DNA of 64,000 nt from Isurus oxyrinchus. Its lineage: Eukaryota. Positions 29,780 through 38,139 of this stretch are shown piece by piece. The notes under the pieces were generated by a model. That model did no database searches and was not told the DNA's origin. It saw only the letters and a program-made list of their open reading frames with translations. The stretch is taken from the NCBI GenBank assembly GCA_026770705.1, contig JANJGN010000016.1, positions 86,738,001 through 86,802,000 on the forward strand. Direction: 5' to 3'. The position numbers and the translations under genes are program-made. Positions within the stretch are counted from its first letter, which is position 1; every line of letters starts with the position of its first letter.

Positions 29780-30156
29780 ACTTGCATTTCTATAGCACCA
29801 GTCATCATCTCAGGATTTTTACAGCTAACTGTACACAGTAAGATCCCAGTCAGTAGAGTGATAATGGCCAGAAAGTCAGGTTTTTTTGTGATGTTCTTTG
29901 AGAGATAAATACTAACCAGAAAATGCGCAAGAACTCCCCTGCTCTTCTTCTCACAGCGCCGTGGGAACTTTTACATCCCCCTGAGAGGGCAGACCTCAGT
30001 TTGTCTCATCTGAAAGACGGCTCCTCTGACAGTGCTGCCCTCCCTCAATACCGCACTGGAGTCTCAGCCTGGATTATGTGATCAAGTCTCTGGAGTGGGA
30101 TTTGAACCCACAACATTGTGACTCTGAGGGGAGAGTGCTACCCATTGAGGCACGGC
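29780..30156 (-). mobile_element. tRNA-derived SINE carrying a Deu domain (DeuSINE, SacSINE1-like)
   Basis: Minus strand: A box-like gtgcctcaatgggtagc, B box ggttcaaatcc, Deu-like core gcactgtcagaggagccgtctttcagatgagac...tctgccctctcagggggatgtaaaagttcccacggc...gaagagcaggggagtt, tail gctatagaaatgcaagt. Family assigned from recall of the consensus, not from an alignment. Confidence 0.8.
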
Positions 30157-30869
30157 CCACACCTCACAGTCCAATAGCCTGTCATGTTCACCCTCCCGCC
30201 TCACACTTGGAGGAATGAGCCCACTTGGGGAGGGTGGAGCTGTTCCCCAGTCAGAGACAGTGTCTTCAGGAGAGAGATGGAGAGCAGATTCCGGGACAGC
30301 TGGAGTCTAGAGGGTGACATTTAAACATTCGGGGGAAACGGAGAGTCTCCCCGAAATCCTGGAACACTAAAGCCACTGGATTGTGGGCCCTGCTCTACCT
30401 GTTTGTCATCAGAAATTTGCCAAGAGATAACCAGGGAGTGGAGAGAGCAGAGATCAAGCTGGGGGAGGTGGGACCTCGGTGTCTCACTGTGCTGGTGCTG
30501 TGATCAGTTATATCAGAGACTGTGAGAGGGAGCCGGAGCTCATATCAAACTCTGCCCGTGTCTGTCACACTGAGACTGACAGGAGTCTAGTGAGTGATTT
30601 CAGTCCATGGTGCAGCAATGTCAGCACAGTCTGCAAACGTCCAGATCTCCTCTAGACGGTGGGTAAAAGTTGGTTATTTCTATCTTGCTGCTTAAAGGGG
30701 GGAATGTAATGAAAGAAATACAGCTGGGCACTCTGTTATACACAGTGTTGTTCACTGAACCATTTCATTCACTGCAGCTCCTCACTAACACCTTCAACTA
30801 TTCAGCATTAGTGTTTGAGAAAGTTTCAGTATTGAAAGGGTTAATAAGGGAGGATTGGGGTTTACTTAC

Positions 30870-30904
30870 TCAGTCTGAGTTTGGTTCCTTTACCGAACGT
30901 AACC
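30870..30904 (-). CDS. IGKJ: Ig light-chain J segment
   Basis: G GTT ACG TTC GGT AAA GGA ACC AAA CTC AGA CTG A = VTFGKGTKLRL (FGXG motif), followed by donor GTAAGT (30869-30864). Confidence 0.96.
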
Positions 30905-30943
30905 CACACTGAGAGATTCCAGTGCAGGGGCTGTACAAAAACC
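30905..30943 (+). other. J recombination signal sequence, 23-bp spacer
   Basis: Heptamer CACACTG 30905-30911 (one mismatch to CACAGTG), 23-nt spacer, consensus nonamer ACAAAAACC 30935-30943. Confidence 0.95.
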
Positions 30944-30959
30944 TCAGCTCTCTGCTTCA

Positions 30960-31155
30960 CTCAGTCACTCTCACCCTCTCTCTGTCTCTCACTCACACTC
31001 ACCCTCTCTCTGTCTCTCACTCACACTCACCTTTAACTCACTCTCACCCTCTCTCTGTCTCTCACTCACACTCACCTTTAACTCACTCTCACCCTCTCTC
31101 TGTCTCTCACTCACACTCACCTTTAACACTCTCTCTTTCCCTCTCTCTTCCTCTC
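30960..31155. repeat. 45-bp CT/CA-rich tandem repeat (~3-4 copies) in the V-J interval
   Basis: ctttaac recurs at 31031, 31076 and 31121. Confidence 0.85.
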
Positions 31156-31256
31156 AATGTCTTTTTTTTGTTGGGAGAATTGAGAATCCCAATTTTATAT
31201 GATAAATCTTTCAGCTGCTCTTCATATGTGGACATGTAAGGTAAGAGGTAAAGTGA

Positions 31257-32050
31257 CCATTATTATAAATTCTAAATAACTGTGGAATGTGTCAGTACAG
31301 GAGGTGAGACTGTGTGTCCATTATTATATACGATATATAACTGGGGGATGTGTCAGTACAGGAGGTGGGACTGTGTGACCATTATTATATATTCTATATA
31401 ACTGTGGGATGTGTCAGCACAGGAGGTGGGACTGTGTGTCCGTTATTATATATTCTATATAACTGTGGGATGTGTCAGTACAGGAGGTGGGACTGTGTGT
31501 CCATTATTACATATTCTATATAACTGTGGGATGTGTCAGTACAGGATTTGATGCTGTGTGTCCTTTATTATATATTCTATATAACTGTGGGATGTGTCAG
31601 TACAGGAGGTGGGACTGTGTGTCCATCATTATATATTCCAAAAAACTGTGGGATGTGTCAGTACATGAGGTGGGACTGTGTGTCCATTATTATATATTCT
31701 ATATAACTATGGGATGTATCAGTACAGGAGGTGGGAATGTGTGTCCATTATTATATATTCTATATAACTGTGGGATGTGTCAGTACAGGAGGTTGGACTG
31801 TGTGTCTTTTATTATATATTCTATATAACTGTGGGATGTGTCAGTACAGGAGGTGGGAATGTGTGTCCATTATTATATATTAAATATAACTTTGGGATGT
31901 GTCAGTACATGAGCTGGGACTGTGTGTCCACTATTATATATTATATATAACTGTGGGATGTGTCAGTACATGAGCTGGGACTGTGTGTCCATTATTATAT
32001 ATTCTATATAACTGTGGGATGTGTCAGTACAGGAGGTGGTGCTGTGTGTA
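31257..32050. repeat. 61-bp minisatellite (~13 copies) in the V-J interval
   Basis: Unit ccattattatatattctatataactgtgggatgtgtcagtacaggaggtgggactgtgtgt; ends a few nt from the V nonamer. Confidence 0.95.
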
Positions 32051-32054
32051 TTGA

Positions 32055-32082
32055 GGTTTTTGTCAGGCTCTGTATCACTGTG
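32055..32082 (-). other. V recombination signal sequence, 12-bp spacer
   Basis: Perfect CACAGTG (32082-32076), 12-nt spacer, perfect ACAAAAACC (32063-32055). V12/J23 is the kappa configuration. Confidence 0.97.
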
Positions 32083-32377
32083 TAGGGGACGCTGTTAGCT
32101 TGCTGACAGTAATAATCAGCGACATCCTCATTCTGTACATTGCTGATTGTCAGGGTGAATTGAGTGCCAGATCCACTGCCGGTGAATCGCTCGGATGTTC
32201 CTGTGAATCGAGTTGTTGCATCATAGATCAGGAGAGTCGGTTTCTGTCCTTCTCGCTGCTGGTACCAACTCACATAGCTGCTAACAGACTGACTGGCCGT
32301 ACAGGTGATGGTGGCGGTCTGGCCCAGGCTCACTGACACCAGGGGAGACTGGGTCATGGTGATGTCCCCACTGATAC
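32083..32377 (-). CDS. IGKV: Ig light-chain V exon (kappa/NS4-like), unrearranged, open reading frame
   Basis: Acceptor tattacccctcAG; (G)[97 protein letters not shown]; conserved Cys, WYQQ and DYYC. Confidence 0.97.
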
Positions 32378-32563
32378 CTGAGGGGTAATAAAGAAACAGA
32401 GTGAAGTAAGAACTGTCACACAAAGAGCCTGTAAAATGAGATATTGTTAGAGACAGTGACCGTTCCTCTGCTTTCAGCATTTTCCCTTCAATCACAAGTC
32501 AGTCGAATTGGCTGGAAATGGAGAGCAGGAAAATATTCACGGTGGAAGGAGAGAGATTTGTAC

Positions 32564-32612
32564 CTGCGATGCAGAATGCCAGAGGCCAGATCAGCTGGAT
32601 GGCTGAAATCAT
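32564..32612 (-). CDS. IGKV: Leader (signal peptide) exon of the V gene
   Basis: cacc-ATG ATT TCA GCC ATC CAG CTG ATC TGG CCT CTG GCA TTC TGC ATC GCA G|GTACAA = MISAIQLIWPLAFCIA(G); phase-1 186-nt intron, in frame with the V exon. Confidence 0.92.
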
Positions 32613-32672
32613 GGTGTCTGCTCCTGTCCCTGTGCCTGGTCACTGATAAACTCTCCCTTCACTGGGCTCAGC

Positions 32673-32752
32673 TTTATAATGCTGCAGCCTGTCAGAGTCT
32701 CACTGGCTGTTCCTCAGTATGTAAATGGTATCACCCAGAGAGAACCACGTCA
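32673..32752 (-). promoter_or_regulatory. V promoter: TATA box, octamer variant and CRE-like site
   Basis: TATAAA 32678-32673 (~60 nt upstream of ATG); ATTTACAT 32726-32719 (7/8 match to the light-chain octamer ATTTGCAT, correct orientation); TGACGTGG 32752-32745. Confidence 0.75.
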
Positions 32753-32769
32753 GCACCTTTCACTTCCTC

Positions 32770-33012
32770 TTCAACTCTCTGCCTCCCTCTTTCAGTATCT
32801 GTCCATCACTCTCTGTCTCTCTCTCCCTCTCCCAGTGTCTATCCATCACTCTCTGTCTCTCTCTCTCTCAGAATCTGCCATCACTCTCTGTCACTCTCTC
32901 CCTCTCTCAGTACCAGTCTGTCAGTCACTGTCTCTCTCAATGTCTGTCCGTCACTCTGTCTTTATCTCCCTCCCTCTGTCCATCACTCTCTATCTTTCTC
33001 TCCCTCTCTCTG
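32770..33012. repeat. CT-rich low-complexity repeat (ccatcactctctgtctctctc variants)
   Basis: Direct inspection. Confidence 0.8.
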
Positions 33013-33386
33013 CCTCCTTCCCACTGGAACCTCCAATAGGGACCAGTAAACATGGGCCTCCTTCCCACTGGAGCCTCCAATAGAGACCAGTAAACATGGG
33101 CCTCCTTCCCACTGGAGCCTCCAATAGAGACCAGTAAACATGGGCCTCCTTCCCACTGGAGCCTCCAATAGGGACCAGTAAACATGGGCCTCCTTCCCAC
33201 TGGACCCTCCAATAGGGACCAGTAAACATGGGCCTCCTTCCCACTGGAGCCTCCAATAGAGACCAGTAAACATGGGCCTCCTTCCCACTGGACCCTCCAA
33301 TAGGGACCAGTAAACATGGGCCTCCTTCCCACTGGAGCCTCCAATAGGGACCAGTAAACATGGGCCTCCTTCCCATTGAGCCTCCA
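33013..33386. repeat. 44-bp tandem repeat (~8.5 copies)
   Basis: Unit cttcccactggagcctccaatagrgaccagtaaacatgggcctc, at 33017, 33061, 33105 and onward. Confidence 0.95.
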
Positions 33387-33419
33387 GTATCTGAGCTTCA
33401 AACTCCACATCTCTCCAAC

Positions 33420-33725
33420 CCGTAAGCCTCTCATTTCCATCTCCACAACATTGTCCGTCTCTACACTACATCAGCCCCTTGACCACGGAAACCCTTAGCC
33501 CTGTTTGTCTCGTCCCCAGACTCCATTATTCCGATGTCCTCTCCCGCCTTCCTTCATCCACGCTCCATAAATCCCAATTGTCCGAAATGCAGCATTCCAT
33601 ACCCTGGGCCACATGAAGTGTTGTTCCCAGATTATCCCTGACCTCACTGACTTGTAACCCCTGACCTCACTGCCCTCCAATTCCCTCCATGGCCTCGCTC
33701 CTCCCTACCTCTGTGTTCTGCTGCA
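33420..33725 (+). mobile_element. Degenerate L2-like LINE 3' fragment
   Basis: Resembles L2 3' coding/UTR pieces (ttccatctccacaacattgtccgtct; ccctccatggcctcgctcctccctacctctg); recognised by eye only. Confidence 0.5.
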
Positions 33726-33749
33726 GACGGAAACTAACTTTTAATTCTG

Positions 33750-33857
33750 GATTTATTAATTCAATTTAAATTCCACCAGCTGCCGGGGTGGGATTTGAAG
33801 GTGTGACCCCAGAGCGTTACCCTGGGCCTCTGGATTACTGGTCCAGTAACATTGCTG
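33750..33857 (-). mobile_element. tRNA-derived SINE head fragment
   Basis: Minus strand gcaatgttactggaccagtaatccagaggcccagg...ttcaaatcccaccccggcagctggtggaatttaaattgaatt, with a B box-like motif. Confidence 0.6.
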
Positions 33858-34059
33858 CTTCCCCACAGCCTCCCCCGTGTTGTGCTCCCGGGTTCCATCG
33901 AAATGTATCCCAGCATGACGTGTCCCTCAGGAGGGGAGAGGGAATGTTTGGAGATCTGAGCTCCATTTCCCACCCCGGACATTTTGTCTTCCAATGAATG
34001 AATGAGATACCAATTTCGAGACCAGGTTAGGGACAGTCTCGAGCTGTGGACGCAGGTCT

Positions 34060-34196
34060 ACAAGAGGGAATTGGAGATCTCCCTGAAAAGGAAAGATTTG
34101 CTGGGTTATGGGGACAGAGAGGGGGAGTGGGACTCCCTGGGTAACTCACAGGCAGGATGGGCTGAATGGCCTCCTTCTGTGCTGTAAGATTCTAGG
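34060..34196 (+). mobile_element. CR1-type LINE/SINE 3' tail fragment
   Basis: gggttatggggacagagagggggagtgg...gatgggctgaatggcctccttctgtgctgtaagattcta; a similar tail lies at ~35635-35685. Confidence 0.65.
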
Positions 34197-34429
34197 TAGT
34201 GGACACGGTTCACAGTTTTCTCCCGTGTCAGTAACAAACATCCAGCTGCTCTGAGCTCCTTCTTTCACTTCCTCTCTTGGTTACGTTTCAGTCTTGCGAT
34301 CGGACAATCTTTGCAGTTATTTTTTGCACTGGGGGTTTCTGCTGTGGTCTGAATCTGTAATAATAACTGTCCGATCAGTGAAAAGAACAGCAGCTAAGAG
34401 CAGTCAGGACTGAGGAGGCAGGCTCACTG

Positions 34430-35140
34430 GGAAACACATTGGGAAGATCAAAGCCATCGTCTTCAGCTCCCGATACAAACTCCATCCCTCTCCCTGAGCA
34501 CTGTCTGCTGCTGAGCCAGACTCTTCACAACCTTGGCCTCATCTTTCTGCTCCTCCACAGCTGCCAGCATCTCACCATTTACAAATTACTCTGATCTTTC
34601 TTCGGTCCAAAGTGGATGATTTCACACTCCCCACGTTGATCTCCATCTGCCATTGTCTTCAGTCCCCATCACAAACTCTGTTCCCTCATCACCGATTCCA
34701 TCCCTCTCCCTGGGTCTGTCCGACACTGAACCACACAGTTCACAGCCATGGTGTCCAGTTTGACCTTGAGATGAGCTTCCGACCACATCATCCGCTCCAT
34801 CACTAAGGGAGCCTATTTCCACCTCGGTAACATCGCCCGAGTCCGGCCTGCCTCAGACCATCTGCTGCTGAGAATCTCCTCCATGTCTTTGTTCCCTGAA
34901 ACGTGACGATTCCAATGCTGCCCTGGCCGGAGTCACACCTTCCACACTCCGTAAACATGAGCTCATCCCAAACTCTGCTGCCCGGATCTGAACTCACACC
35001 AAGTCCCGTTCACCCATCACCCCCTGTGCTCACTGACCTCCCAGCCCAGCAATGTCTCGATTTTAAAATTCTCATCCTTGTTCTCAAATCCCTCTCAGTC
35101 CTCGACACTCCCCATCTCTGTAACCTCCTCCAAGCTGCCT
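34430..35140 (+). mobile_element. Degenerate L2-like LINE fragments
   Basis: tttgaccttgagatgagcttccgaccacat...gcctatttccacctcggtaacatcgcccg...cacccatcacccctgtgctcactgacct...gattttaaaattctcatccttgttctcaaatccct. Confidence 0.6.
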
Positions 35141-35144
35141 AACT

Positions 35145-35600
35145 TAGTGTCGACAGCAATCTTGGATATATGGCTCTCTATTTCTTCATCCAAATCATTG
35201 ATAAATATTGTGAAAAGCTGAGGCTCCAGCACAGATCCCTGGGGACATCACTATTCACATCTTGCTCATTGGAGCACATACACATTATCCCTACTCTCTG
35301 TCTCCTGCCTCCTAACCAGTTCCTCATCCATGGCAACAGGTTTCCTCAAATTCCATCTGCTTCCATTTTTATTCACAGTCTCTCATGTTGAACCTTCTCG
35401 AATGTCTTCTGGAAATCCATATCAATAGAATAGACATTCCCGAATCTACCACATTAGTGACCTCCTTAAAAAATGTAACCAGGTTAGTTAAAGATGTCTG
35501 ATCCTTTTTAAATCCATGCTGACTCTCTCTGATCAGTTCATATTTATCACTCATTCTGTCTCTAATAACAGGTTCCAGTCACTTCCCCATTACAGACATT
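35145..35600 (-). mobile_element. Degenerate CR1-type RT fragment
   Basis: LIRESQHGFKKDQTSLTNLVTFFKEVT and a gatgtccccagggatctgtgctggagcct (VPQGSVL) motif on the minus strand. Confidence 0.85.
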
Positions 35601-36221
35601 AAACTGAGAGGTTAGTTCTGAATGATCCGAGTGCACAGCTAGCACAGACACAAGGGGCTGAATGGCCTCCTCCTGTGCTATAGGCTTATCAGGCTCCTTG
35701 ACTGAAACATGGATGGGAACAGGAGGTGGGCTGGAGCTTAAACAATGAGTTAAATGTAGACAGAGTGTCATTAGTGGGTAATGTACAGTGTACATTGTGT
35801 CCATGAGCCTCTCGAAAAGATATCTTTCTCTTTTTCCCTTTTCAGCTCCAGGCCTCTCATTAAGGAGCTGAAAGAATATTTAGTGAAGAAGTTTGCGGAG
35901 TGTGCGGGCTGTGTGAAGGATTTCGGCAGTGACTGATGATTGCAGCTCCTTGTTCAGTCTGCTCCTCCCTCACCACTGATCAAGACATGTAACCTCGTGT
36001 CACACTGAGTGAGATTACAATCAATATCATAGCGTCAGTCACAGAAAACAACAGCATCACAGTCTGAGAGACTGGGACAGATATCACTGCGTCACGTCAA
36101 AGAACAGAGCCCTGATCCCCTCCCACCATGCTCAGAAACCATAGAGCATCGAAAATATACTGACAAACACCCCCTTATATTAAACACTCACACCCAGAGA
36201 ACATCTACAGAGGGACAAGGC

Positions 36222-36528
36222 AGGATAGAGATAGAGAGAGAGAGAGAGAGAGTGAGGGGGAGAGAGAGAGAGAGAGCTGGAAAGAGGGATAGGTTAGTGT
36301 GAGTGAGAGAGAGGGAGATGGAGAGAGCGACAGAGATTGAGAGAGAGAGAGAGAGTGAGAGAGAGAGAGAGAGAGAGAGTGAGAGACAGAGAGTGAGAGA
36401 GAGGGATGAGTTGAATGAGTTAGTGTGAGTGATAGGGAGGGAGATGGAGAGACCGACAGAGATTGAGAGAGAGAGAGAGATAGAGAGAGTGAGAGAGAGA
36501 GGGATGGGTTAGTGTGAGAGAGAGAGAC
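36222..36528. repeat. (GA)n-rich microsatellite with an internal duplication
   Basis: Direct inspection. Confidence 0.9.
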
Positions 36529-36555
36529 TCTGTGTCAGCTCCTGTACCTGTCAGA

Positions 36556-36825
36556 GTGAAGAAGTCTTATTATAATTCTATCGGACCTCGGTGAGACCAC
36601 ACATGGATTACTGTGTACAGATTCGGTCTCCTTACCTAAGGAAGGATATACCAGCCTTGGAAGGAGTGCAGCAGAGATTCCCCAGAGTGATTCCTGGGAT
36701 GAGGGGATTGTCCGATGAGGAGAGATTGAGTAGACTGGGACATTATTCCCTGGAATTTAGAAGAATGAGAGGTGATCCCATTGAAATATATAAAATTCTT
36801 AAAGTGATTGACAGGGTAGAGAGTG
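36556..36825 (+). mobile_element. CR1-type LINE ORF2 C-terminal fragment
   Basis: VRPHMDYCVQIRSPYLRKDIPALEGVQQRFPRVIPGMRGLSDEERLSRLGHYSLEFRRMRGDPIEIYKILK, the classic CR1 C-terminus. Confidence 0.9.
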
Positions 36826-37149
36826 ACAGGGTGAGACCGGCAGCTTCCCTCACTGAGTCCCTTGTGTTTTATAGCAATCCAGCAGGATTTAAGGACAATT
36901 TCTGCAGCCAGAACACAAATGATCAGATTGATCCAATTCCATTTCACTATTTCCCATCCTGGGATTTGAACTCATTCCCTCTGGGTTACTGGCTCAATCC
37001 CATTCCCTACAGGGAAGAAGTGGTGGTGTGGTTTGAGAGAGGCTGAAAGGCAGGGAGCAAGGGGATTGCATTAAGTGGGGAACCACAGAGCAACAGGTTA
37101 GTCTGCAACAAACTGCAGCACAGGTGGAGAGAATGGACAGTAACCTCAT

Positions 37150-38092
37150 ACCACCTGATCTCCATCCCTCCCTCTGAGTGTCCGACCTTCCTCTCAGATA
37201 CACACCTCCCTGATCTCCATCCCTCCCTCTGAGTGTCCGACCTTCCTCTCAGATACACACCTCCCTGATCTCCATCCCTCCCTCTGAGTGTCCGACCTTC
37301 CTCTCAGATACACACCTCCCTGATCTCCATCCCTCCCTCTGAGTGTCCGACCTTCCTCTCAGATACACACTTCCCTGATCTCCATCCCTCCCTCTGAGTG
37401 TCCGACCTTCCTCTCAGATACACACCTCCCTGATCTCCATCCCTCCCTCTGAGTGTCCGACCTTCCTCTCAGATACACACCTCCCTGATCTCCATCCCTC
37501 CCTCTGAGTGTCTGAAATTCCTCTCAGATACACACCTCCCTGATCTCCATCCCTCCCTCTGAGTGTTCGACCTTCCTCTCAGATACACACCTCCCTGATC
37601 TCCATCCCTCCCTCTGAGTGTCCGACCTTCCTCTCAGAAACACACCTCCATGATCTCCATCCCTCCCTCTGAGTGTCCCACCTTCCTCTCAGTTACACAC
37701 CTCCCTGATCACCATCCTTCCCTCTGAATGTCCGACCATCCTCACAAATACAGACATCCCTGATCTCCTTCCATCCCTCTGATTGTCCGAACTTCCTCTC
37801 AGATACACACCTCCCTGATCTCTATCCCTCCCTCTGATTGTCCGAACTTCCTGTCAGATACACTCTTCCCTGATCTCTATCCCTCCCTCTGAGTGTCCAA
37901 CCTTCCTCTCAGACACACACCTCCCTGATCTCTATCCCTCCCTCTGAGTGTCGGACCCTCCTCTCAGATACACACCTCCCTGATCTCTATCCCTCCCTCT
38001 GAGTGTCCGACCCTCCTCTCAGATACACACCTCCCTGATCACCATCCCTCTCCCTGAGTGACCGAACTTCCTCTCAGATACACACCTCACTG
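37150..38092. repeat. 55-bp tandem repeat (~17 copies)
   Basis: Unit cacacctccctgatctccatccctccctctgagtgtccgaccttcctctcagata. Confidence 0.95.
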
Positions 38093-38139
38093 AGCTTCAC
38101 CCTTCGGTGTATCCGAGCTCCATGCCTCTTCTGAACAGG

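Noticed and set aside
30700-30747. Second J segment next to the heptamer at 30741
   Set aside because: Adjacent sequence has no FGXG motif and no suitable splice donor
30870-32377. Germline-joined VJ gene or D segments
   Set aside because: V and J are separate with intact 12- and 23-RSSs; no RSS-flanked D is visible between them
32378-32495. N-terminal extension of ORF 32004-32495 (MIEGKMLK...) and its C-terminal tail past the heptamer
   Set aside because: These are read-through of the leader intron and of the RSS/minisatellite; the true start is the leader exon at 32612
32444-33446. ORFs of 104-201 aa over the promoter and 44-bp repeat
   Set aside because: Low-complexity or tandem-repeat translations with no domain signal
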